Shown here piece after piece: positions 26,140 through 38,023 of a DNA stretch of 64,000 bases. The translations under genes were made by a program, and so were the position numbers. Below the pieces are notes generated by a model. It saw nothing but the letters and a program-made list of their open reading frames with translations. It was not told where the DNA came from and ran no database searches. This stretch comes from Squalus acanthias. Taxonomy: Eukaryota. The stretch is from contig CM059431.1 in NCBI GenBank assembly GCA_030390025.1, forward strand, positions 118,732,001 to 118,796,000. Reading direction: 5' to 3'. Each line of letters starts with the position of its first letter. Within the stretch, counting starts at the first letter, position 1.

Positions 26140-26712
26140 TTAGTTTAAATCCTCCCGAACTGCTTTAGCAAATATTACCCCGAGGACATCGGTTCCAGTC
26201 CTGCCCAAGTGCAGACCGTCCCTTTTGTACAGGTCCCACTTCCCCCAGAACTGGTTCCAATGCCTCAGGAATTTGAATCCCTCCCTCCTGCACCACTGCT
26301 CAAGCCACGTATTCAATCTCACTATCCTGTTCTCTCTATTCTGATTAGCACGTGGCCCTGGTAGCAATCCAGAGATTACTATCTTAGAGGTCCTACTTTT
26401 TAATTTAGCTCCTAGCTCCCTAAATTCTGCTTGTAGGACCTCTTCCCGCTTTTTACCTATATCGTTGGTACCTACATGCACCACGACAGCTGGCTGTTCA
26501 CCCTCCCTCTTCAGAATGTTCTGCAGCCGCTCCGAGACATCCTTGACCCTTGCACCAGGGAGGCAACATACCATCCTGGAATCTCGGTTGCGGCCACAGA
26601 AACTCCTGTCTATTCCCCTTACAATTGAGTCCCCTATCACTATAGCCCTGCCACTCTTTTTCCCGCCCTGCTGTGCAGCAGAGCCAGCCATGGTGCCATG
26701 AACCTGGCTGCT
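26140..26712 (-). CDS. CR1 ORF1 C-terminal SGNH esterase-like domain (partial)
   Basis: IGDSIVRG, CLPGARV, HVGTNDIG, DGLHL motifs. Confidence 0.9.
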   Translation of the reverse strand, partial: SSQVHGTMAGSAAQQGGKKSGRAIVIGDSIVRGIDRSFCGRNRDSRMVCCLPGARVKDVSERLQNILKREGEQPAVVVHVGTNDIGKKREEVLQAEFRELGAKLKSRTSKIVISGLLPGPRANQNRENRIVRLNTWLEQWCRREGFKFLRHWNQFWGKWDLYKRDGLHLGRTGTDVLGVIFAKAVREDLN

Positions 26713-27704
26713 AGTGGGATACTTCACTGCACCTCCTTCTGCTTGAACTCATACTCAATACCTGCTACTGCCCTCTCAACTACTTCCCCCTTGGCCAGCC
26801 TTGCTATTTCATCCTCTCATCCTGCACACTAGGCTAAGCTGCCTTAGACATCTTCAAAATCCATCAGCAGGGCATACACTAACCCACTGCCACTCTTCTT
26901 GCAGGAGAAGCTAGCACACATGAGAAAGACACATCAAGAACAGGAGCAGGTCCCAGTAGACTACAACCTCTGACACCAACAGAGAAGATAACCATTAACA
27001 TCATTGGCAGAGGAAGGACATGCAGCAGTAGAGATGGCCAGGATGGAGGTCACGCGCAATAGGGTGGTTGGGCATCTTCCCTTGCTTTTCTGTTTCTACT
27101 TAACTCTCTCATTCGCTCACTCACACATTGACACGCAAACTCTCAGCATGACAACCTGGTGCTCCATAGCGCTGCCACTCATCTGCTTACCTTTGCAATT
27201 ATGTGCTAACCATTGCCCCTCTCCCCTTTTTCTAGGTTATTCTGTCTATTCAGGCCCTACAGCCACAAAGACTGAGATGCCTAAAAACTGTGCACCCTCA
27301 CTCGCAATTACCCTTCCAAGCACCAGCACGGAAATCAACCCCATGGATGTTCTGTCGTCTGCTCTCCTCCAAGTCAGTGGCAGTGGTAAGCCACAGTCCA
27401 ATAGGACAGCGTGTCTGCTTCCTCACAAACGCCCTCAACAATCTCCACCCTGGTGCCACAAAGCCAGCTGGACCAGGCTGCTCAGCAGCCACCTAGCTGC
27501 CGCAGTCTAAAATGGGTCCCTCTCTGGCCCAAGCTCCTAGTGGTCCTCAACCACCAGCATCCCAAGAACTCTTGTCTGATTTACTTTGGTCCTCAGGCCT
27601 CTCTGTTCTACAGAGGGAATTATGCCCAGCTTGGGGCGCTGAAGAATTTAGGCCCCACTGTGCGTAAAATCATTGGCAGGAATTTATATCCTCCCACAGC
27701 ACAG

Positions 27705-28489
27705 CGTAAGCCTTTTTCTTACTACTGTTCGGACTTTGAGAATTACGATTAAGCGTAACAATGACAGACAATTATGTGATCAATAAAATTGGTCTTTATT
27801 CACACTACAGTTCAAAATTCAAGTGTACATCGAAGCATTCTCTCACGATCAATATGCTTCCAATTTACCCATACATAAAAGTTCTCCCCACCAACTTGCA
27901 CACTACTTCCGGGCGATTTATATCCCAAGTCAACTGTACATAAAAGTACCCTTTAACAATATCTAAGCTCTATGTCCGACTTTTATACATACTCCTTTAT
28001 CTCTGGGTGATCGGTCCAGGAAAAGTCATAAGACGAAAAACATAGACTGGCCAGCTTTCTTTGTTCGTCTGTTCTTCCGTTCTGTCTTCTTTCTTTCTGA
28101 ATTTCCTACCTCTGGGTCACATCTTTTATAGGGCCTTTCTGCCAGCCTCCCTCATATATCACTGTCTGCCTTCCTCTGATAGGTCAGTTTCTCTCCAAAT
28201 CTTCCCTGATTGGAGTTCCTTCTGCATGACACGTTCATGTTCCTGTGATGTGTGTGGGGGCGGGACTTCCTCTTCAACCCGGTGTCTCCTTCCTGTCCAT
28301 GTGGCCTCGCAAACAAAGGACCATGCTGACCACCAGGCAAAGGACCCCCTGCTGACTTCCGCCATTTTGCGTCTTCACAAACAAAGAACACATGCTGACC
28401 TCCTACATTTTGAACCATTTCACAATTTGTTCTGAACTTCGATCTCCAAACAGTAGCAACGGTTTTATTACAGTTTTTAGAATCTTACA
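27705..28489 (-). repeat. 3' LTR of provirus (785 bp)
   Basis: Direct repeat of 44832-45563 with a few indels; left terminus CGT (mutated TGT), right terminus TTACA; minus-strand AATAAA near 27795. Confidence 0.93.
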
Positions 28490-28600
28490 GTCCTCCCTTA
28501 AATGTCTCTCACGTTTATTCATGAGCAGATATTTCACCAGAGTCGGAGCATTATGTATTCCGATCCCCTTTTATCCCCTATAATACTATATCTATACTAT

Positions 28601-31600
28601 TGTGGCTGCTGCGAAGCACGAATTGAGGCCGAGTCAATATGTGGAGCACATGGCTTTTAATTACATACTCCTTGGCAAAATGGCTGCTACAACTTCTCTC
28701 TGCAAAACCCTACTCGTGGAGGGCGACGCCCGCTCTTTTTAAGTTCACACTGAGGGCGACGCCCACTCCTTTTTTCATGCCTTAAAGGCAGCATGCGCCT
28801 TAAAGGCAAGGTGCCCGATTTATTGTCCACGGACGGAAAAGTGGATTGCGCCCGTTTAGGTGGAGATCCGCCACACAGCTGCCCCCAGAATCTGCTTAGG
28901 AGGTGTGGACGAGATGGTGCGGCGGTCTGATGGGCCGGCCAGAGCGGCTCTTGCAGGACGCCGGTGGACGTGGAATGGCCGGGCGTGGAGCAGCCGGGTG
29001 AACTGGCTTGAGGGCAGGTCGGCCGCATGGCGGTGGACGAGCTACAGAGACCTGCTCACCGGGCTCCGAGTGTGCTGGCTTGAGTCGGTCAACCGACACT
29101 TTTTCGGTCCTGTCGCCCACTTGCAGAGTGAAAAATTTGTCCCCAGCCTGTAGCACCTTGTAGGGGGTTGAAGGGGTCCACGGTGGGCGTCGTGCCGGAC
29201 GAAAATGAACCGTGCCTGGTGCAGGCTTAGTGGGACGTGTGAGGTGGATTCGCCGTGTCGGGCAATGGGCACCGGGGTGAACTGTAGCGCCGGTGAGGCG
29301 AAGTCGTGGCGTTGCTGGTCGGCTGACCAGGGTGTCATGGCGGTGGGCAGGAACTCGCCAGGTACGCACAGCGGCTGACCGTACACGAGCTCTGCTGCCG
29401 ATGCGTGGAGGTCTTCTTTAACCGCGGTTTGCAGGCCGAGGAGGACCCACGGGAGTCGGTCGGTCCAGGCGCTGGCCTGGAGGCTGGCTCGAAGAGATGC
29501 CTTCAAGGATCTGTGGAACCGCTCACACAGTCCGTTGGCTTGGGGGTGGTACGCTGTGGTGCGGTGAATGGTCACCCCGAGATTGCGTGCGACGGTGGTC
29601 CAGAGTTCAGAGGTAAATTGCGGACCTCTGTCAGACGTCATGTCGGAGGGGACGCCGAACCGTGCGACCCAGGTGCTGACGAAGGCTCTGGCGATGTCGG
29701 CAGTGGTGGTAGAGGTCAGTGGAATTGCCTCGGGCCAGCGCGCGGTGCGGTCAACGATCATCAGCAAGTGCGTGTGGCCTTGCGACGGCGGCAGGGGCCC
29801 GACGATGTCCACGTGGATGTGATCAAATCTACGCGAAGGGACGGTAAACTCCTCGAGGGGTGCTTTCGTGTGTTGCTGCACATTGGCCCGTTGGCAGGCT
29901 AGGCAGGAGTTGGCCCAAGTACGCACATCCTTGCGAAGGCCGCGCCAGACAAAGCGTTTGGCTACCAGTTTGATGGATGCGCGGGTGCCGGGGTGGGAAA
30001 GGTTGTGGAGAATCTCGAATACCCGGTGGCGCCAGGACGCTGGGACGACGGGCCGAGGTTGACATAGGGATATGTCGCACTTGACCGTGACTGCGGTCGG
30101 GCCACAGGCGATGTCGGCCAGGCATAGCCCTGGTAGGTTGGTAGGTGCGGAGAGCAGATCAGGATCGGTGATCTGGTCTGCTGCGAGTTGAGCGTAGTCG
30201 ACTGCCAGGTGTGCGGCGTGGATGGCGGGGCGGGAGAGGCAGTCGGCTACCACATTGTCTCGGCCGGAGACATGTTGGATGTCCGTGGTGAACTCGGACA
30301 CTGCCGTGAGCTGGCGCTGCTGCCTGGCGGACCAGGGGTCGGTTGTCTTTGCCATTGCGAATGTCAGGGGCTTGTGGTCGACAAACGCAGTGAAGGGGTG
30401 GCCCTCCAGCAAAAAACGAAAATGGCGGACCGCCAGGAACAGCGCGAGGAGCTCGCAGTCGAAGGTGCTGTACTTGACATTCCGGGGGGCGTAGTTGGCG
30501 GCTGAAGAAGGCAAGTGGTTGCCAGGCGCCGTCGACCCACTGCTCATACACGGCGCCGACCGCGTGGTCGGAGGCGTCCATGGTGAGCGCTACCCTGGCA
30601 TTGGGCTGTGGGTGCGCGAGCAGCGTGGCGTTGGCGAGCACGGTCTAGGTGGAGTCGAAGGCGGCTGACACGTCTGCCGTCCATTCGACCGCCATCTTGC
30701 CGCTCCTGCCCCGGAGGGCTTCATACAGGGGCCTCATGAGGGACGCCGCTTTGGGGATGAAGCGGTTGTAGAAATTCACCATCCCGAGGAACTCCTGGAG
30801 GCCTTTGATGGTGGTGGGGCGGGGAAATTGTTGGACGGCCTGCACCTTGGTGGGCAGGGGAATGGCGCCAGCATGGGTGATGTGGTGGCCGAGGAAGTCG
30901 ATCTTGTCCAGGCCGAAATGGCATTTGGCTGGGCTGAGGATGAGCCCGTGGTCGCTGAGGCGCCCGAACAGGATGCAAAGGTGTTCGAGGTGTTGCTGCT
31001 TGGAGGAACTGGCTACCAGGATGTCGTCCAGGTAGACGGACAGGAACTTCAGGTCCCGAAGGACCGAGTCCATGAGCCGTTGGAATGCCTGGGCTGCGTT
31101 TTTGAGGCCGAAGGGCATCCGCAGGAACTCGAAAAGGCCGAAGGGGGTGATTACGGCCGTCTTGGGGACGTCCGCGGGGTGGACGGGGACTAAGTGGTAG
31201 CCGCGCACCAGGTCGACCTTGGAAAAGACTGAGCGGCCAGCCAGTCTAGCCGAGAAGTCCTGGATGTGCGGCACGGGGTACCAATCAGGGGTGGTGGCGT
31301 CGTTGAGGCGGCGGTAATCCCCGCAGGGGCGCCAACCCCCGCCTGGTTTGGGGGTGATGTGGAGTGGGGAGGCCCAGGGACTGTTGGAGTGGCGGATGAT
31401 GCCGAGCTGTTCCATGGTGGCAAACTCGGTCCGCGAGATCTCCAGTTTGGCCGGGTCCAGCCTGCGGGTGTGGGCGTACACTGGGGGGCCTGTGGTGGGG
31501 ATGAAGTGTTCCACCCCGTGTTTGGCGGCCTCCGCGGAGAAGGTTGGATTGGTAAGGGCCGGGAATTCGGCCAGGAGTGCCGAGTAGTCATCTGTGGCCC

Positions 31601-32991
31601 AGGCGTGGCACTGTTATGCCATGTCGGCGGGTTGACGGGGGGCCATGGTGTTCATGTCCACGAGGTGGTGTCGAGGGATGTCTACCAGTAGGCCGTGGGC
31701 ACACAAGAAATCTGCACCGATGAGAGGGGAGAACACCTTGGCAGTGATGAACTCCCATTGGTAGCGGCGACCAGCGAGGTCGAGGGTGACTGTGCGGGTG
31801 CCGTACGTCCGGATGTCCGAGCCGTTAGCAGCAGCCAGCGCCGGTCCTCGTTTGCCCTTTCGGATGTTGAGGGCGGAGGCCGGGACGATGCTGTGCTGAG
31901 CTCCAGTGTCGCACAGGAACCGGCGGCCGGTTTTGTCATCCGTGACGTACAGCAGGGAGCCCGCGTGGCCCACGGCCATCGCGGGGGCTGCCACGGGGCG
32001 GACTTGAAAGAGCAGGGAGGTGTGCACCGTTGTGCCCTGGCGCCGAACCGTGCGTGGTAGTAACAGTGGCCCGGGTTAGTGGGGCGCGAAGGCCCCGTGA
32101 GCCCGGTGGCTGGGCCTTGTGGCCGCGTGGTGGCCGGTGAGGGGCGCGCCCAGGAAGTGGCTGCCAGGTCCGGAGTGACGTCGTGGCTGGAGTGAGCGGA
32201 CAGCAGCTTGTCGGCCTCATCGGCCAGGGCTTCCAGGTCCGTGAGGCCGGACGCCACGATCGCTGGGCGTATGCTGAGAGGTAGCTGGCGGATGAACAGC
32301 GTGCGGAAGAGGGATCCGGGTGGGCTCTCATCGGTGAGGGAGAGCATGTGGGAGAGGAGGTCCGACGATGAGGCATCACCGAGGCCTGGAAGGTCGAGGA
32401 GGTGGCAGTTTCGCTGGTATGTCGAGGCCGTAAATTTTTTAAGGAGCGCGGCCTTAAGATGTGCATACTTGCCCTCCTCTGGTGGATTCTGCAGCGCTGT
32501 CCAGACCTTCGTAACTGTGGAGCTACCGAGTGATGTGACGAGGTAGTCATACTTCGTCCCATCTGTGGTGATGTGTCGCAGCCGGAATCGGGACTCGGCT
32601 TGGAGGAACCAGGCTTCGGGCTGGTTTTCCCAAAACTCCGGCAGTTTCACGGAAACTGCATTCGTGTCCGCCATTGCAGTGCTCGGAATACCTTCTGAGC
32701 GTCAGGATCACCAATATTGTGGCTGCCGCGAAGCACGAATTGAGGCCGAGTCAATATGTGGAGCACATGGCTTTTAATTACATACTCCTGGCAAAATGGC
32801 TGCTACAACTTCTCTCTGCAAAACCCTACTGGTTGAGGGTGACGCCTGCTCTTTTTAAGTTCACACTGAGGGCGACGCCCACTCCTTTTTTCATGCCTTA
32901 AAGGCAGCATGCGCTTTAAAGGCAAGGTGCCCGATTTATTGTCCACAGACGGAAAAGTGGATTGCGCCCGTTTAGGTGGTGATCCGCCACA
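28601..32991 (-). mobile_element. Ty3/Gypsy LTR retrotransposon 2 (GC-rich), nested between env and PPT
   Basis: LTRs 28601-28875 and 32718-32991 (TGTGGC..GCCACA; about 8 substitutions and 1 indel); PBS TGGTGATCCTGACG (tRNA-Trp-like, 32700-32713). Confidence 0.96.
28896..32674 (-). pseudogene. Gypsy 2 gag-pol with a few stops and frameshifts
   Basis: Gag KLPEFWENQPEAWFLQAE, CYYHARFG..C; protease FLCDTGA; RT RPCGDYRRLN..YLDD; RNase H; integrase HNLSHPG..HVDIVGP..SDRG..ERFHR. Confidence 0.93.
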
Positions 32992-33010
32992 ATACCCCCA
33001 TTTCACATTA

Positions 33011-35873
33011 TTAAAGCTCATCCCGTAACAATTTCCTCATATGCTTAAATTGTCTTCCCTTGTTCTTTCTTTGTTTACGTCTTGCCCGCATTCCCCATTC
33101 CCACATAAGCACGATCACACACATTAGCTGTAACCATGAGCACAGTCTTACCCATGGAGCTAAGTCTGTACGATTAAATCCCAAATCCCACCAAGAGTTG
33201 CCTCGTTCATTAACATGTTATTATTCTGGCATTTGCATCATTCCTCCCTTTCAGTACTGAGAATGTCCTTCCCACTTCTCCAATCCATTTCACAAACTCA
33301 GTGAGATTTTCATTTATCCAAGGTAACCCATATCCAAATCATCTACCCCGGTTGATGCCTTAACATGCATTGGATTCTAATCCATTAAAGGCAGAATAGT
33401 CCTGTTCCCGATTTTTACCATCCTTTTAGGTTTAATACACAAAGTACTGTTAGATACCAGACATATTGTAGCATTCTTTTGCCCATATTTATACCTTGTT
33501 TCTGTGGTGGTCCAACAATAGGCACCCTGTTCCTTATAAACAACGGAGGTATATTGTTCCGACCTTATGGCAGTGACCTGACACTGATACTTGGACATCC
33601 TTGTCACGTTAAATCTGCATAACGGCTCTTCATCGTCCAAGACATTATACATACACATTGTGGTTCTTCCTTGGGCCTTATATAGATGTAATTTTACCTC
33701 ATAGAGAGATTGGTTATATTTAACAACATATCCGGGCGATGATGTATATTTATATAAAACACTATGGGGGAAAAATTTGGTTGCTTTGCGCCTCCCGTTA
33801 GTGCCCTAAGAGGGTGCTAACGGGGCGCAAAGCAACTTGCGCCCGGGCGCGGCGCCACCAACACCTCCCATGAAATTCAGCGGGAGGTTAGCGGCGGCGG
33901 TAACCGTTAGCGCCCCACGGCGCTGCGCCACTGGCGATGACGTTATCGCTGTGCACAGCGCCCCGCTCGCACCCCAGCCACGATCTTCGGTAGCGCCACC
34001 TGACTTACCGCCAGATGCTATGTCCGACGGGGTCGGAGGGCCTACCTGCGGCTGGGGCAGCGCTAATTAAAGGCGAGGTGCCGGGCGGCCATTTTTGTTG
34101 CCATCCCCGGCCTCCTCTTCAGCCCCCCCGTGGAGTGCCGGATGCGCTCCATGAGCCCGGCACTTCCCTTGAGTGCCGGGCTCTTTTGCCGGCACTCTGA
34201 TCCCTGGTGGCCCACCTGGGCCCCGGGTCATGCTGCGCAATGCCCCTCCCCTTTAACAAGGGGAGGAAGGCCTGCAGTACCGCGGCGCGACGTGCCGCAC
34301 GCAATATTCCCTCGCAGCGCTCCAAGAGGGAGGCGGGGTGCTTCCAGTAGAGCCTCGCTGCCCTCTTGGGTTGCTACCGATGAATTTCAGCTGTGGGGGC
34401 ACTACTTTTAAAGTAGCGCCCCAGCAAAATTAGCGCCCCAAAGAGGGCACGACCCAATTTTTCCCCCTAACTTTCAGGAAACCCATATTGGCTACCTTAT
34501 ACACCCGCAGTGGTACCCAAAGTTTGGACATTATGGGCATTCTTAATATGAGTCCTATCAAGCTATCATCGCTAGTCTAATTACATTCGTGTGGCGTGAC
34601 ACGTACCACAGTAAGACTTCACAACTGACACATTGTCAAATTTGACTGATACCTTTCTGCTGCCTTAAGGGGTTTATCTTCCATCCAAATTGGAACCCTT
34701 CCCTCAGCTATTCTATTCAAATTCCTCCCTATGTCCTGTAAAATCCAAGAACTCAACATCACGCATGCATCATTTTGTGCTGCCTGATCAGAGGCGTTTC
34801 TATCCTCCCTCGTCAAATTGTTTATGGCCTGTGCCTGATTTTCCAACAATTTAAACAACCCTTGTATGTGAATTGTCATGGTCAATTCTGCTTCTAATTG
34901 TACTTTCCCTATGCTATTCTGGTTTCTGCTGTAACATTTCTCTCAATTTTCCCAATTGATAGTTCAAGCTCATAATATCCCATGTATTTACCCATCCTAA
35001 TGTGGTATTCCACATCGTTGCCTTATTATTGAGCATACTGCGCTTTCTCCTCTTAGCCGGCGATTTCGGGGCTTGAGGCTCCTCCCCTATGGTCACTTGA
35101 TCGCTATTTTCCTTCCAAAAGGTTTTTATTAACTGCGCTAACCAGCTTCTAGTGGGTTCACTGCACCATGTCGGCAAGGCAAGACTAAACACATTGATAA
35201 TAACCTCCGTCGCATCTAATACAACATCATGTAACATTGACAACTCACTCGGAACCAACACCAGTCCGTTAATTGGAGCTGGGAATGGGGTGTGGCACTC
35301 TTCACTCCCTTCATCGGGTGGCACTGGTTTCTCTCTCGCCTTTAATTGAATGGCTTCTTTGGACTGATCAGGACATTGAATATTATCAAAACGATTTTTA
35401 ATTTGAGGATCATCATGGGAGAAATTTCTGTTTACACACATATATACTCCTGTGTGATTACTGGACCAGAAATTTGTCCAACGGTAACTTGTCCCATCAA
35501 TTAACGGGGTAGCTACGATTCCTCTTGCCTTCCTCAATCTCAAGTTATTTGTGGTCTCACCTGATGTAAACCGGAGTTCTAGGATCGTCCCGGTTGGAGT
35601 AGGCTCATTTGAGCATTTTAAACAAATCATTTGCCCCTCATGCACCCTCTGCTCCATTACTCTCAATGTCCAATTATAAAATGTTATAGTTTGATTTTTA
35701 ATTGTTGCATTCTTCTCATTTACAACAGAAAACCCTGTATCCAGTGAGGTTATGATTCCATTGGTGCTGTTTCCGAGCTGCTGTGATTCCTGATATAGTT
35801 CATCCCATCCACTATGAGCATCAAAGCGCTCAATACGTACAGGAGTTTCCCCATCCTGGAGCTTCTGTAACAC
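33011..35873 (-). pseudogene. env: F-like env gene B of the provirus (interrupted by MITE 33766-34467 and stops)
   Basis: N-glycosylation-rich ectodomain, KRRKR|SMLNN.. furin site, heptad regions, Cys-rich block, SWWDLGFN membrane-proximal region, TM (PWVRLCSWLQLMCVIVLMW), basic tail, stop at 33011-33013. Confidence 0.85.
33766..34467. mobile_element. GC-rich Harbinger-type MITE, copy 1
   Basis: TIR GGGGGAAAAAT, flanks TAT/TAA; inverted homolog at 37008-37734. Confidence 0.85.
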
Positions 35874-36274
35874 ACAGCACAGTTAACATTCACATACTCT
35901 TATTCACACATTCAACATCATTTCCTCTTAGTTTTGCTCCCAGCTCCTCCTGAGGTTGCCGATGTTGTTCCCAGTGTTGTGCACGACCCTCAAGTTCAAT
36001 TCCTTTAAAGTTCCCCGGGTCACTCAGGAATTTGTCCCGAGTCACCTCCTTAATTTGCTTATCAGTCAGAGTGGGGACCAACAGGTGTGTGGGGGCTCGC
36101 ATGGGTCTCCCCATTACCAATTCATGAGGGGAATGGCCCGTTCCTTTGAATCTGTTACTGCATATCCCCATAAGGATTAGGGAAAGTCCCTCATCCCACT
36201 TCGTGTACTGTTCGCTTAATTCCTTTCGCAGGGTCGACTTCAACGTACGGTTCATTCGTTCCACAATCCCCGAT

Positions 36275-37007
36275 GAAACAGTTTTAAAGAGTGTGCAGGG
36301 ACAGAGGGACCTGGGAGTTAATGTGCATAGGTCCCTGAAGGTGGCGGGACATATTGAGAGAGTGGTTAGCAAAGCATATGGGATCTTGGGTTTCATAAAT
36401 AGAGGTATTGAGTACAAAAGTAGCAAAGTTATGCAAAACCTTTATAAAGCGCTGGTTAGGCCACAACTGGAGTATTGTGTCCAGTTCTGGTCACCACACT
36501 TTAGGAATGATGTGAAGGCCCTTGAGAGGGTCCAGAGGAGATTTACCAGAATGGTTCCAGGGATGGGGGGTCTTAGCTACAATGACAGGTTGGAGAAGCT
36601 GGATTTGTTTTCAGTAGAGCAAAGTAGGTTGAGGGGTGATTTGATAGAGGTGTACAAGATTATGACAGGTTTAGATAGGCTAGACGGGGAAAGGCTGTTC
36701 CCACTAGTTTATGGTACAAGGACTGGGGACACAGATTTAAGGTTTTGGGCAAGAGATACAGGGGAGATGTGAGGGAAACTTTTTTACACAGCAAGTGGGG
36801 GGGACCTGGAACTCACTGCCGACAGAAGTGGTGGAAGCGGAGACACTCAATGTTTTCAAGGGGAGACTGGTTAGGCACCTGAAGGGAATAAACTTGCAGG
36901 GCTACGGGGATAGAGCGAGGGAATGGGACTGACTGGATTGCTCTACAGAGAGCCAGGGGCGGACTCGATGAGCTGAATGGGCTCCTTCTGTGCCATTATG
37001 ACTCTAT
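36275..37007 (+). mobile_element. CR1 3' fragment inserted in the integrase
   Basis: QRDLGV..LVRPQLEYCVQFWSP..RLRGDLIEVYKIM; (TATGACTC)n tail split by a MITE. Confidence 0.9.
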
Positions 37008-37734
37008 GGGGGAAAAATTGAGTCGCGCCCCCGTTGGGGTGCTAACTTCGCCGGGGCACTACTTTTAGTGCCCCCGCGGCCGATTTTCCCAGGTAGCATC
37101 CCGAGAGGGAGGAGGGGTGCTGCTGGAAGCGCCCCACGTCCCCCTTGGGGCGCTGCGAGGCAATATCGCGGTGCTACGTGCCGCGGTACTGCAGGCCTTC
37201 CTCTTCTTATTAAAGGGGAGGGGCCTGGTGCAGCACGTCCTGGCACCCAGCTGGGCCACCAGGGATCGGGAGTGCCGGCAAACGAGACCGGCACTCAAGA
37301 GGAGTGCAGGGCTCACGGAGAGCAGCCGGCACCCCGCGGGGGGGGCTTCGTAGGGGCCGGGGACAGCAACAGGGGCAGGTGCTGGCAGGCGGCCAGCAAC
37401 AAAAATGGCCGCTCGCCTACCTCCCCTTAAACTAGCGCCGCCCCGGCCGCAGGTAGGCCTCCCTGACCCCATTGAACATAGCATCCAGGCGGTAAGTCAG
37501 GGGGCACTACCGAAGATCGCGGCCGGGGTGCGAGCAGGGCACTGTGCACGGTGATGATGTCATCGCTGGCGGTGCAGCGCCATGGTGTGCTAACGGTTAC
37601 CGCCGCCTGTAACCTCTCGCTGAATTTTGCGGGAGGCGTTGGCAGTGCCACACCCGGGCGCTAGTTGTTTTGCGCCCCGTTAGTGCCCTCTTAGGGCGCT
37701 AATGGGAGGCGCAAAGCAACCGCATTTTTCCCCC
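37008..37734. mobile_element. GC-rich Harbinger-type MITE, copy 2 (inverted)
   Basis: TIR GGGGGAAAAAT, perfect TSD TAT, inserted in the CR1 tail. Confidence 0.88.
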
Positions 37735-37825
37735 TATGACTCTACGATTGTGGCTTACATGCCATTTCCCTTCAATTCCTAGCAATTTCAGAGTGGCTTG
37801 CATTACCTGACCTGTAAAATTACTT

Positions 37826-38023
37826 AAATAACAACAGAAAATGCTGGAAGCATTCAGCAGGCCAGGCAGCATCCGTGGAGAGAGAAACAGAGTTAACGTT
37901 TCAGGTCTGGGACCCTTAAACGTTGACTCTGTTTCTCTCTCCACAGATGCTGCCTGGCCTGCTGAGTGTTTCCAGCATTTTCTGTTGTTATTTCAGATTT
38001 CCAGCATCCGCAGTATTTTGCGA
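37826..38023. mobile_element. Penelope-like hairpin remnant (second family)
   Basis: ~75-bp inverted arms; 14-bp TSD CTGTAAAATNACTT (37812-37825, 38024-38037); GAAACGTT half of a hammerhead on the minus strand; related to 62513-62603. Confidence 0.75.

Larger units (their letters stand above)
23042..26712 (-). mobile_element. Young CR1 LINE (5'-truncated in ORF1)
   Basis: (TGTTTCTA)n tail at 23042-23080; ORF2 open except for one stop; ORF1 esterase domain. Confidence 0.96.
22440..27657 (+). mobile_element. Degenerate Harbinger derivative with Myb/SANT exons, split by a CR1
   Basis: WLQCRKKFNNLTRTVK|GT at ~22877-22927; TTGCAG|GAGAAGCTAGCACAC exon 2 at ~26900; TIR-like AATTTAGGCCC at ~27646-27656. 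Left boundary uncertain. Confidence 0.6.

Noticed and set aside
28061..28435. ORFs within the provirus LTRs (also 45070-45531)
   Set aside because: They recur only because the LTR is duplicated; different starts and no protein features.
29405..32546. Many + strand ORFs
   Set aside because: Antisense shadows of the GC-rich Gypsy 2 gag-pol.
37826..38023. Hairpin as a miRNA precursor or functional hammerhead
   Set aside because: TSD-flanked Penelope-type inverted remnant; the CTGANGA half of the core is missing.
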